A DNA stretch of 32,000 nt, taken from positions 10,514 to 42,513 of the forward strand of contig CAYNCM010000007.1 in the NCBI GenBank assembly GCA_964395825.1, given 5' to 3'. The DNA comes from an uncultured Planctomycetaceae bacterium. GTDB taxonomy: Bacteria; Planctomycetota; Phycisphaerae; Phycisphaerales; Zrk34. Position numbers and translations under genes: made by a program. Each line of letters begins with the position of its first letter. Position 1 is the first letter of the stretch. Below are positions 15,094 through 23,695 of the stretch, piece by piece. The notes under the pieces were generated by a model. That model searched no databases, was not told the DNA's origin, and saw only the letters and a program-made list of their open reading frames with translations.

Positions 15094-16701
15094 ATGTGGG
15101 GTCAACCCGGGTTTGGAATCGAGTCGGCCATGGCGGCCGGCGGAGCGGGCGGGGGCGGCAAGCCCGGCGCGGGGCCGGTGATCTTCGCGGCAGTAGTGCT
15201 GATGTTCGCATCGCACGGCCCGGCATGGGCGGATGCCGGCTCGTCGGTCCAGGCCGCCCGCACCGAAGCGCCCGTGGCTGTGGCCGGCCTCACCGCGCCG
15301 GGCGACCGGTCGCGCGACGCGGTGATCGAGTCGTTGCAGCGCGAGATGTCGCTGTTGCGCCGCGAGGTCAGGGAGCTTCGGGCCGAGCGGAATCGCTCGT
15401 GGCTCAACGAGCGCCGGGCGGCGGAGGTCAAGGCCCTGGTGCGCCAAGTGATCGCCGACGCCGAGACCCGCGCCAGTCTGCTGGACAGCGAACTGCTGGC
15501 CGGCCACAACGGCAAGCACTTCTTTCTGGCCAGCGCCGACGGCCGGTTCCTGATGACACTTAAGGGCCAGGCCCAGGTCCGTTACATCGCCAACTTCGCC
15601 GACGACGGCGCGACCACCGCCGCCAACTTCGACGAGCAGATGACCGGCTTCCAGTTCCGGCGGCTGAAGCTGAAGTTCGCCGGCCACGCCTTCGACCCCA
15701 GGCTCAGCTACAAGATCACCCTCGCCAGCACCCGCGACCACAACGAGGTCTATCTGGAAGAAGCGTTGATCGGTTATGAACTGGCGGACAACCTGGCCCT
15801 CGCCGGCGGACGCACCAAGGCCCCGTTCCTGCGGGAAGAGCTGATCAGTTCATCGAAGCAATTGACGGTCGAGCGATCGCTGGTCAACGAATCGTTCACC
15901 GCGGGCTTCGTGGAAGGCCTGGTGGTGCGGTGGCAGCCCTGCGAAGCGGTGAAGCTGGCCGCGGCGCTGACCGACGGCGCCGGGTCGGGTGAGGAAACGG
16001 TCGCCGCGGGCGGCGCGGGGGCGGACTGGAACGCGGCGGACGTGGATTTCGCTTTGACGGCAAGGCTGGACGTGAAGCTCGCCGGCGACTGGGGCCAGTG
16101 GAAAGACACCAGCGCCGGGTCGGGCGATCAGATGGGCCTGTTCGTGGGCGCGGCGTTGCATTACCAGAAAACGGAAACGGGCTTCGATGCCACGTCGCTC
16201 ATTCCGCCGGGCGCGCCGAACCTTGCCGATGACGTGGTGCTGTGGACGGTTGACGGTTCGCTGGAGATCCTTGGCCTTGGTGTGTACGCGGCGGTGATGG
16301 GCATGCACACCGAAGCGCCGAACAACGCCGGCGTCCTGTTCGTCAGCGGTCAGCCGGAGGATCTGAATCACTACGGCTTCGTGATTCAGGCCGGCTACAT
16401 GGTCATCCCCGACACGCTGGAGCCGTTCGTGCGCTACGAGCATCTGCTGATCGACGACCAGGTGCTGCCGGCGGTGGGCGGGGTGAGCCAGGAAGACGAC
16501 CCGAACCTGCTGACGGTGGGGTTCAACTACTACGTGCACAAGCACGGGGCAAAGTTCACGGCGGATCTGGTTTACGCCTTCCAGTCGCTGGGTGGGGCGG
16601 GCGCGGCATTCGGGGTCAGCGACGGATTGGGCCTGCGGGCGGACGAGGTGGACCAGGACGGTCAACTCGCCTTGCGGGCGCAGATGCAACTGCTTTTCTA
16701 A
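15094..16701 (+). CDS. Phosphate-selective porin O/P (OprO/OprP) family outer-membrane protein with N-terminal coiled-coil extension
   Basis: AGGAG lies 7 nt before ATG 15094. The signal-like segment is PVIFAAVVLMFASHGPAWA. Porin_O_P-type strands are present: FFLASADGRFLMTLKGQAQVRYIANF, FQFRRLKLKFAGHAFDPRLSYKITL, VYLEEALIGYELADNLALAGGRTKAPF. The C-terminus ends in an aromatic residue (LRAQMQLLF). It sits next to the phoBR-pst genes. Confidence 0.8.
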   Translation: MWGQPGFGIESAMAAGGAGGGGKPGAGPVIFAAVVLMFASHGPAWADAGSSVQAARTEAPVAVAGLTAPGDRSRDAVIESLQREMSLLRREVRELRAERNRSWLNERRAAEVKALVRQVIADAETRASLLDSELLAGHNGKHFFLASADGRFLMTLKGQAQVRYIANFADDGATTAANFDEQMTGFQFRRLKLKFAGHAFDPRLSYKITLASTRDHNEVYLEEALIGYELADNLALAGGRTKAPFLREELISSSKQLTVERSLVNESFTAGFVEGLVVRWQPCEAVKLAAALTDGAGSGEETVAAGGAGADWNAADVDFALTARLDVKLAGDWGQWKDTSAGSGDQMGLFVGAALHYQKTETGFDATSLIPPGAPNLADDVVLWTVDGSLEILGLGVYAAVMGMHTEAPNNAGVLFVSGQPEDLNHYGFVIQAGYMVIPDTLEPFVRYEHLLIDDQVLPAVGGVSQEDDPNLLTVGFNYYVHKHGAKFTADLVYAFQSLGGAGAAFGVSDGLGLRADEVDQDGQLALRAQMQLLF

Positions 16702-16761
16702 CGGAAAGGGCCGATAACGCGGCGCAAACCGCGATTACTCACCGGACCATCATCTTTTCAG

Positions 16762-16798
16762 GGGCGATCAGGCATAAACGGGCCTGGTCGCCTTTTCT
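16762..16798 (+). terminator. Rho-independent terminator after the porin gene
   Basis: 11-bp stem GGCGATCAGGC (16763-16773) pairs with GCCTGGTCGCC (16782-16792), including one G-U pair. The loop is 8 nt (ATAAACGG). It is followed by TTTTCT. Confidence 0.7.
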
Positions 16799-16804
16799 AA
16801 AAAG

Positions 16805-16837
16805 TAATATATTCTTAACGGAATCTGAAACCGGTTA
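16805..16837 (+). promoter_or_regulatory. Candidate Pho box upstream of phoB (autoregulation)
   Basis: Phased 11-mers TAATATATTCT / TAACGGAATCT / GAAACCGGTTA. The middle unit matches the first pstS unit TAACGGTTTCT at 9 of 11 positions. It lies in an AT-rich patch just after the porin terminator. Confidence 0.35.
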
Positions 16838-16904
16838 GATCATCATGACGCGTCCACTGGCCAAACCCGTACGGAAGTTCACCGACATTCCGCGTGAGCC
16901 CGCC

Positions 16905-17669
16905 ATGATGAACGCGTCCAAACCGTCGCCCGCCCGGGCCCGCCGCACCCATGCCCTGTCTTCAGACGCCGCCGCCACCCGCGCGACGATCATGGTCGTC
17001 GAAGACGAGCAGGACCTGCAGGACCTGCTGCACTACAACCTGGAGCGCGAAGGCTACAACGTCGCCGCGGCCACGCGGGGCGAAGAGGCGCTTAAGTCAA
17101 TCCGCAAGAAGCGGCCGGACATGGTGCTGCTGGATCTGATGCTGCCGGGCATCGACGGGCTGGAAGTCTGCCGGGCTTTGCGGTCGGACGAAGCGACGCG
17201 CGATCTGCCGATCGTGATGCTCACCGCCAAGGGCGAAGAGGCGGACGTGGTGACGGGGCTGGAACTGGGCGCCGATGATTACATCACCAAGCCGTTCAGC
17301 CCACGGGTGCTGATCGCGCGGATCAAGGCGGTGCTGCGGCGACGGGGCGGAACGGACGGGACGGGCGAGGAAGATGAACCGTTGCGGGTGGGAACGCTGA
17401 TGGTGGACCCGGGCCGCTACGAGGTGCGGGTGGAAGACAAGGCGGTCTCGCTGACGCGGACGGAATTCGGCATCTTGCAGTTGCTGATGCGCCGGCCGGG
17501 GCGCGTGTTCACCCGCAGCCAGATCGTCTCGGAAGTGCAGGGGGCCAACGTCGCGGTGACGGATCGTTCGGTGGACGTGCACATCGTGTCGTTACGGCGT
17601 AAGCTGGGTTCGGCCGGTCAACTGATCGAGACGGTGCGGGGCGTGGGGTACCGGCTGGAGGACAGCTAG
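16905..17669 (+). CDS. phoB: Phosphate regulon response regulator, OmpR/PhoB family
   Basis: Receiver domain: IMVVEDEQDL, PDMVLLDLMLPGIDG, PIVMLTAKG. Winged-helix output: LTRTEFGILQLLMRRPGRVFTRSQI...VDVHIVSLRRKL...IETVRGVGYRL. Start is ambiguous (ATG at 16845, 16905 or 16992). I chose 16905 because the candidate Pho box and promoter overlap 16845, and 16992 would clip strand beta-1. Confidence 0.85.
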   Translation: MMNASKPSPARARRTHALSSDAAATRATIMVVEDEQDLQDLLHYNLEREGYNVAAATRGEEALKSIRKKRPDMVLLDLMLPGIDGLEVCRALRSDEATRDLPIVMLTAKGEEADVVTGLELGADDYITKPFSPRVLIARIKAVLRRRGGTDGTGEEDEPLRVGTLMVDPGRYEVRVEDKAVSLTRTEFGILQLLMRRPGRVFTRSQIVSEVQGANVAVTDRSVDVHIVSLRRKLGSAGQLIETVRGVGYRLEDS

Positions 17670-17673
17670 GCTG

Positions 17674-19500
17674 ATGGGTCGCCGCCTGATCTGGAAAGTC
17701 GCGCCCGGCTATATCGTCGTCATTGCTCTGAGCACGCTGGTGGTGGCCTACTTGGCGGGCCGCTCGGTCGGAACGTTCTTTGAACATCACGTCGACCGCG
17801 AACTGACGAGCAAGGCCCACCTGATCGCGCGTCAGGTTCGGCCGATGCTCGAACGGGCGGACGACCACGCCGTCGCCGAGTTGTGCAATGCCCTGGCGGA
17901 CGAAGCGGGGGCCCGGATCACGGTGATCGCCCCGGACGGACGGGTGCTGGGCGATACGCATGAAGATGCCCGGGGGATGGACAACCACGCCCGCCGCCCG
18001 GAAGTGATCGAGGCCATGGCCCGCGGCGAAGGGCGCAACACCCGATTCAGCGACACGCTCGAACAGCGGATGAAGTACGTGGCGATGAAGCTGGTCGGCG
18101 AGGGTGATCAACCGCTGGCGGTGGTGCGCACGGCGATGAGCACGGCGAACATGGAAGCGGCGCTGGGCAGCGTGCGGCGGCGGATCGCGATCGGCGGCGC
18201 GGTGCTGGTGGTGCTGGCGGGCCTCGTGACGATCCTCGTGTTCACCCGGTACATCAGCGGACCGCTGCGGCGACTGCAGCGGGGCGCCTACCGCTTCGCC
18301 GCCGGCGACCTCAGCGGCGGACTGCCCATGTCGGATGTCCGCGAGATCAGCGACCTGGCCGAATCACTCAACGGCATGGCCCGGCAACTCGACGAGAAAA
18401 TCCGCACCATCACACGGGAATCCACCGAACGCCAGACGGTGCTGGCGAGCATGATCGAAGGCGTGTTCGCCGTCGACGCCGAAGAACGCGTGCTGACGAT
18501 GAACGACGCGGCGGCGGACCTGTTCCAACTCGACGCGCAGGCGATCGTCGGCCGGCGCATTTTTGAGGTCGCCCGGCACAGCGAACTGCAGGAACTGGTC
18601 ACCGACACCCTGGCCAGCGACAAACCGATCGAGCGCGACCTGAGCGTGCGAACCGGCGGACGCCAGCGCCACCTGCAGGCCCACGGCGCTCCGCTGCGGG
18701 AAACGACCGGCACCAGCGCCGGGGCGGTGATCGTGGTCCACGACGTGACGCGGATTCACGAACTGGAACAGGTACGGCGGCAGTTCGTGGCCAACGTCTC
18801 GCACGAATTGAAAACGCCCATCTCGGCGATTCACGCGGCGGTGGAAACGCTGCTCGATCCACGCGGCGGGTCGGATGATGATCGCCGCCGGTTCCTGGGC
18901 ATGATCGAGCGGCAGGCGGCGAGGCTGAACGCGATCGTCGAAGACCTGCTCGCCCTGGCCCGGCTGGAACAGCAGGCCGAGGATCGCCAGATCGACCGGC
19001 GCCAGCACGAACTGCTGCCCATCCTCCGCGGGGCGGTGGAAACCTGCCAGGCCGGCGCCCAGGCGCGGGACATCAAGCTCACGGTGCGCGGCGATCCGCA
19101 CCTCAGCGCCCCGATCAACCCCACGCTGCTGAGCCAGGCGGTGGTGAACCTGCTGGACAATGCGATCAAGTATTGCGGGTCGGGCTCGTCGGTGACGGTC
19201 AAGTGCGAACGGGAGGATGGGGAGCTGATCCTCTCGGTCCGCGACGACGGGCCGGGCATCGCCGCCGAGCACCTGGGCCGGCTGTTCGAGCGGTTCTACC
19301 GGGTCGACCGCGGTCGCAGCCGGGAGCTGGGCGGGACGGGTCTGGGTCTGGCGATCGTCAAGCACGTGGCCCAGGCGCACGGGGGCCAGGTGTCGGTGAA
19401 AAGCCGGGTCGGGCGGGGTTCGACGTTCCGCATTCATTTGCCGCGCGAGAAGCGCGACGCCCAGCCGGCCACGCCGGCGGACGTGGCGACGCCATCCTGA
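17674..19500 (+). CDS. phoR: Phosphate regulon sensor histidine kinase
   Basis: It starts 4 nt after the phoB stop. Domain order is TM helix, extracytoplasmic segment, second TM, HAMP, then a PAS-like region. HisKA H-box is FVANVSHELKTPISAI. HATPase_c motifs are NLLDNAIKY, RDDGPGI and GGTGLGLAIVKH. Confidence 0.85.
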   Translation: MGRRLIWKVAPGYIVVIALSTLVVAYLAGRSVGTFFEHHVDRELTSKAHLIARQVRPMLERADDHAVAELCNALADEAGARITVIAPDGRVLGDTHEDARGMDNHARRPEVIEAMARGEGRNTRFSDTLEQRMKYVAMKLVGEGDQPLAVVRTAMSTANMEAALGSVRRRIAIGGAVLVVLAGLVTILVFTRYISGPLRRLQRGAYRFAAGDLSGGLPMSDVREISDLAESLNGMARQLDEKIRTITRESTERQTVLASMIEGVFAVDAEERVLTMNDAAADLFQLDAQAIVGRRIFEVARHSELQELVTDTLASDKPIERDLSVRTGGRQRHLQAHGAPLRETTGTSAGAVIVVHDVTRIHELEQVRRQFVANVSHELKTPISAIHAAVETLLDPRGGSDDDRRRFLGMIERQAARLNAIVEDLLALARLEQQAEDRQIDRRQHELLPILRGAVETCQAGAQARDIKLTVRGDPHLSAPINPTLLSQAVVNLLDNAIKYCGSGSSVTVKCEREDGELILSVRDDGPGIAAEHLGRLFERFYRVDRGRSRELGGTGLGLAIVKHVAQAHGGQVSVKSRVGRGSTFRIHLPREKRDAQPATPADVATPS

Positions 19501-19519
19501 AGCGGGACGGGGGCCGCGC

Positions 19520-19563
19520 TAACGGTTTCTTAACATTTCATTAACATTGCACTAATCAGCCCG
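19520..19563 (+). promoter_or_regulatory. Candidate Pho-box array upstream of pstS
   Basis: Four exactly 11-bp-phased units: TAACGGTTTCT / TAACATTTCAT / TAACATTGCAC / TAATCAGCCCG. They start at 19520, 19531, 19542 and 19553, about 50 nt upstream of the pstS ATG. The architecture is the same as PhoB/PhoP/SphR direct-repeat boxes. Confidence 0.6.
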
Positions 19564-19613
19564 CCGTACCTTGCGCGGCGACCCGACACCCCAAACACCG
19601 AAGGGAACGAGAC

Positions 19614-20741
19614 ATGAACAGGCGGCAGAGACTCTATCGAATGGGCCGGTTGACGGTGATGGTCGTGCTGACCGCCGTGGTGCTGGCCGGCTGCGGCCGG
19701 GAAGGGGGCCAGGGCGGCGATGAAAGCCAGCCCCAGGCTCGCGGGGCCGATCGCTCGGGCACCATCATCACCGGCGCCGGGGCGACGTTCCCGTATCCGC
19801 TCTACAGCAAGTGGGCCAACACCTATCACCAGCTCAACGGGACGCAACTGAACTACCAGTCGATCGGGTCGGGCGGCGGGATCGCCCAGATCAAGGCCAA
19901 GACCGTCGACTTCGGGGCGTCGGACGCGCCGCTGACCGCCGATCAGCTCGACGAGGCCGGCCTGATGCAGTTTCCCATGGCCATGGGCGGCGTGTGCCCG
20001 GTAGTCAACCTCGAAGGCATCAACGCCAACCAGTTGCAGGTTCCCGATGACGTGCTGGCCGGCATCTTCCTCGGCAAGATCACCAAGTGGAACGACCCGG
20101 CCCTGGTCGAGGCGAACCCCGGGGCCAACCTGCCCGACCGCGACATCACCGTGGTACACCGGGCGGACGGTTCGGGCACAACGTGGATCTTCACCAACTT
20201 CCTGTCGAAGATCTCGAACCCGTGGAAGAACCAGGTGGGCAACGCCAAGGCGGTAAACTGGCCCACGGGCGTGGGGGGCAAGGGCAACGAAGGGGTGGCG
20301 GCGTACGTCAGCCGCATCAAGGGCGCGATCGGTTACGTGGAATTCGCCTACGCGCTTGAGAACGACATGACCACGGTCAAGCTGCGCAACGTGGCGGGCC
20401 ACTACGTCGAGCCGACCATCGAAAGCTTCCAGGCCGCCGCGGCCAACGCCGACTGGCCCCACGCGCCGGGCTTCTACATGGTGCTGACCGGCCAGCCGGG
20501 CGAAGGAAGCTGGCCGATCACCGGCGCCACGTTCATCCTGATGTACACCGAACAGAAGGACCCGGCCCATGCGACGCAGGTGCTGGACTTCTTCGACTGG
20601 TGCTACAACCACGGCGACGAGGCGGCGGTGAAACTGCACTACGTGCCCATGCCCGACCGCGTGGTGAAACTCGTGCAGGACCGGTGGGCGAACGAGATGG
20701 CCGGGCCGAACGGCGAAAGCATCTGGCCGCCGGCCGAGTGA
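19614..20741 (+). CDS. pstS: Phosphate ABC transporter substrate-binding lipoprotein
   Basis: Lipobox VVLAGC is present. PstS hallmarks: TGAGATFPYPLYSKW, NYQSIGSGGGI, DFGASDAPL, VVHRADGSGTT. Confidence 0.9.
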   Translation: MNRRQRLYRMGRLTVMVVLTAVVLAGCGREGGQGGDESQPQARGADRSGTIITGAGATFPYPLYSKWANTYHQLNGTQLNYQSIGSGGGIAQIKAKTVDFGASDAPLTADQLDEAGLMQFPMAMGGVCPVVNLEGINANQLQVPDDVLAGIFLGKITKWNDPALVEANPGANLPDRDITVVHRADGSGTTWIFTNFLSKISNPWKNQVGNAKAVNWPTGVGGKGNEGVAAYVSRIKGAIGYVEFAYALENDMTTVKLRNVAGHYVEPTIESFQAAAANADWPHAPGFYMVLTGQPGEGSWPITGATFILMYTEQKDPAHATQVLDFFDWCYNHGDEAAVKLHYVPMPDRVVKLVQDRWANEMAGPNGESIWPPAE

Positions 20742-20790
20742 CCCGGCCGCGGTTTGTGTGAAATAGGTGAGCGTTCCAGACACCCCATCT

Positions 20791-20815
20791 GGCGCCCGTA
20801 CAATGTGCGGGCGTC
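20791..20815 (+). promoter_or_regulatory. Stable stem-loop in the pstS-pstC intergenic region
   Basis: GGCGCCCG (20791-20798) pairs with CGGGCGTC (20808-20815), including one G-U pair. The loop is 9 nt. No U-tract follows, so this is more likely an mRNA stability or processing element than a full terminator. Confidence 0.45.
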
Positions 20816-20858
20816 GGTCCGTTGAGACCGCTGTTCCGCTCGCCGCCGGGAATCGACG

Positions 20859-21842
20859 ATGACCACCACGCCCGCCCAACTTCCCGCCGCCGCTGTCGAC
20901 GGGGGGCAATTCGGCCGAAGCCGCGCCTCCCATCGCGTGGGCGACAGGGTGCTGCACGTGATCGTCATCCTGTGCGCCTTGGCGGTGTTCGGGCTGATCT
21001 TCGGCATCTTCATCCAGCTTGTGGTCGATTCGCGGTTGGCTTTGTCGACGTTCGGGCTCAAGTTCCTCTACAGCCAGGAATGGGACCCGGCGTTCGGGCA
21101 GTACGGGGCGCTGTCGAGCATCTACGGCACGCTGCTGTCGACGTTCATCGCGATGCTGATCGCGGTTCCGCTGAGTCTGGTGATCGCGCTGTTCCTGGTG
21201 GAACTGGCGCCGCCTCGGTTCAGCGCGATCGTCGGCGGGGCGATCGAGCTGCTGGCGGCGATCCCCAGCATCATCTACGGCATGTGGGGGCTGTTCGTCC
21301 TGGCGCCGTGGCTGGCCGATCACGTGCAACCGGCCATTCAAAAACACACGTTCGGCCTGCCGCTGTTTGCCGGGCCGCCCATGGGCATCGGCATGCTCAC
21401 CGCCGGCCTGGTGCTGGCGCTGATGATCCTGCCGTTCATGACGGCGATCACGCGGGACATCTTCCGCATGACGCCAGCCCACATCCGCGAATCGAGCTAC
21501 GGCATCGGCGCGACCACCTGGGAAACCGCCTGGAAGGTCACCATCCCCTTCGGTATCCGGGGCATTCTCGGCGGGGCGTTTCTGGGCCTCGGCCGGGCCC
21601 TGGGCGAGACGATGGCGGTCACCTTCGTCATCGGCAACACGCACAACATCTCGCTGAGCCTGTTCAGGCCCGGCAACACGATCAGCTCCACCCTGGCCAA
21701 CGAGTTCGCCGAGGCGTCGGACGAGCTGTACCTCAGTTCGCTGATCGCGCTGGGGCTGGTGCTGATGGTGGTGACGCTGATAGTGCAGACCGCCGCGCAG
21801 CTCTGGCTTCGCCGGATGCGTCGCAAAGCGGAGGGCAAGTGA
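20859..21842 (+). CDS. pstC: Phosphate ABC transporter permease PstC
   Basis: Multi-TM protein. PstC-type N-terminal region: FGLKFLYSQEWDP...GALSSIYGTLLSTFIAMLIAVPLSL. EAA-loop region: RESSYGIGATTWETAWKVTIP. Confidence 0.9.
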   Translation: MTTTPAQLPAAAVDGGQFGRSRASHRVGDRVLHVIVILCALAVFGLIFGIFIQLVVDSRLALSTFGLKFLYSQEWDPAFGQYGALSSIYGTLLSTFIAMLIAVPLSLVIALFLVELAPPRFSAIVGGAIELLAAIPSIIYGMWGLFVLAPWLADHVQPAIQKHTFGLPLFAGPPMGIGMLTAGLVLALMILPFMTAITRDIFRMTPAHIRESSYGIGATTWETAWKVTIPFGIRGILGGAFLGLGRALGETMAVTFVIGNTHNISLSLFRPGNTISSTLANEFAEASDELYLSSLIALGLVLMVVTLIVQTAAQLWLRRMRRKAEGK

Positions 21843-22720
21843 TGAAGCCGCGATCCCGAACGCGACGCCGCATCGTCGACATGGCGATGAAGTCGATCTC
21901 CATGATCGCCTCGCTGTTCGGCTGTTTCATGCTTAGCTGGATTCTGCTGACGGTGATCTACCGCGGGGGCAAGGCGCTGGACCTGGACTTCTTCATCGCC
22001 GCCACCCCGCCGCCGGGCGAGGCGGATGGCGGCATGGGCCCGGCGATTCTGGGCACGCTGCTGATGACGGGGATGGCCGGACTGATCGGCATTCCCATCG
22101 GGATGCTCGCCGGGGTGTACCTCGCCGAGTACGCCAGTTTCCCGCGATTCGCCAACACCGTGCGCTTCTGCACCGATCTGCTGATGGGCGTGCCGTCGAT
22201 CATCTCCGGCGTGTTCGTCTATGCGATCATGGTACGGTTCATGGGCAATTTCTCAGCCTACGCCGGCGGGGTGTCGCTGGCGATCATCATGATTCCCGTG
22301 GTCACCCGCACCACCGAAGAAATGCTCCGCATGGTGCCGGCCACGACCCGCGAAGCGGCGCTGGCGATGGGCTGCCCGCGATGGCGGATGGTGTTCAGCG
22401 TGCTGTTCCGCGCCTGTCGAGGGGGGTTGCTCACCGGCGTGCTGCTGGCCGTCGCCCGCATCAGCGGCGAAACCGCGCCCCTGCTGTTCACCAGTCTCAA
22501 CAGCCCCTACTGGATCGACTTCAGTTCGCCCGGCGGGTTCGCCGGTTCGCTCAACGGGCCCACCGCCAACCTGACCGTGTCCATCTTCAACCAGGCCATG
22601 AGCCCCTACACCAACTGGCAGCAGATGGCCTGGGGCGCAGCGCTGCTGATTACCGCCAGCGTGCTGGCCCTGACGATCGTCTCACGCTTCCTGCTCCAGC
22701 GAGGAAAGATCAGCGAATGA
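21842..22720 (+). CDS. pstA: Phosphate ABC transporter permease PstA
   Basis: The ATG at 21842 overlaps the pstC stop (TGATG). PstA-type motifs are [14 protein letters not shown] and the EAA loop [19 protein letters not shown]. Confidence 0.9.
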   Translation: MKPRSRTRRRIVDMAMKSISMIASLFGCFMLSWILLTVIYRGGKALDLDFFIAATPPPGEADGGMGPAILGTLLMTGMAGLIGIPIGMLAGVYLAEYASFPRFANTVRFCTDLLMGVPSIISGVFVYAIMVRFMGNFSAYAGGVSLAIIMIPVVTRTTEEMLRMVPATTREAALAMGCPRWRMVFSVLFRACRGGLLTGVLLAVARISGETAPLLFTSLNSPYWIDFSSPGGFAGSLNGPTANLTVSIFNQAMSPYTNWQQMAWGAALLITASVLALTIVSRFLLQRGKISE

Positions 22721-23592
22721 ACGCTTCGACTACCCAGACCCCAACCCCGCAGGTCGTCGTCATGGATAAGCCGCAGATCAATACCAAGCCGCCCGAGATC
22801 GCCCGGCCCAACGACGCCGACAAGCCGGCCGCCGGTGGGCAGCCGAAGGTCTCGGTCCGGAACCTCAACTTCTTCTACGGCCAATTCCATGTCGTCCACG
22901 ACCTGAACATGGACATCCTGCCCAACCAGGTCACCGCCATCATCGGGCCGTCCGGCTGCGGCAAGAGTACGTTCCTGCGCATCTTCAACCGCATCTACCA
23001 GCTCTACCGCGATCAGCGGGCCGAGGGACAACTGCTGCTGGACGGGCACAACATCCTCGATCCCAACGTGGACATCCTCGAACTGCGCCGGCGGGTGGGT
23101 ATGATCTTTCAGAAACCCAGCCCCCTGCCGATGAGCATCTTCGAAAACGTGGCGTTCGGCCTGCGGTTGCACCACCGCTACAGCCGCAGCGAACTGCACA
23201 GCCACGTCGAGGACGCCCTGAAAAGAGCCGCCCTCTGGGACGAGGTCAAGGACAAGCTCCGCCAGCCGGGACAGGCCCTGTCCGGCGGCCAGCAGCAGCG
23301 CCTGACCATCGCCCGTGCCATCGCCGTCGATCCCGACGTGCTGCTCATGGATGAGCCGTGCTCGGCCCTCGATCCCGGTTCGACCAGCCGCATCGAAGAC
23401 CTCATCCTCGAATTCAAGCAGCGCTTCACCGTCGTCATCGTCACCCACAACATGCAGCAGGCGGCGCGGGTGTCCGATTACACCGCCTTCCTTTACCGCG
23501 GCGAACTGATCGAATTCGGCCAGACCGAAAAGGTCTTCACCCGACCCGACAACAAGCAGACGGAAAACTACATCACCGGACGATTCGGTTGA
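22717..23592 (+). CDS. pstB: Phosphate ABC transporter ATP-binding protein PstB
   Basis: The ATG at 22717 overlaps the pstA stop (ATGA). Walker [10 protein letters not shown], PstB-typical [20 protein letters not shown], signature LSGGQQQRL, Walker [13 protein letters not shown] and [10 protein letters not shown] are present. Confidence 0.95.
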   Translation: MNASTTQTPTPQVVVMDKPQINTKPPEIARPNDADKPAAGGQPKVSVRNLNFFYGQFHVVHDLNMDILPNQVTAIIGPSGCGKSTFLRIFNRIYQLYRDQRAEGQLLLDGHNILDPNVDILELRRRVGMIFQKPSPLPMSIFENVAFGLRLHHRYSRSELHSHVEDALKRAALWDEVKDKLRQPGQALSGGQQQRLTIARAIAVDPDVLLMDEPCSALDPGSTSRIEDLILEFKQRFTVVIVTHNMQQAARVSDYTAFLYRGELIEFGQTEKVFTRPDNKQTENYITGRFG

Positions 23593-23695
23593 ACCAGGCC
23601 GGATCGACGAGGCGTCCCTTCCACCGGCGCGATGCACGAACGCCGCGCCGGGGATCCGGTACAATGTCACACCACCCGCTCAAAGGGCTGCGAAC

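Noticed and set aside
19530-21644. Very long antisense or overlapping ORFs in the track. Examples: 704 aa on the minus strand over pstS/pstC; 3626-4900 (-); 6149-7351 (+); 8713-10131 (+); 29363-31099 (+); 10192-10878 (-).
   Set aside because: They lie opposite or out of frame to genes with clear family motifs. They are dominated by Arg/Pro/Gly/Ala/His runs, as expected from stop-codon-poor high-GC DNA. They show no recognisable domain, signal or RBS.
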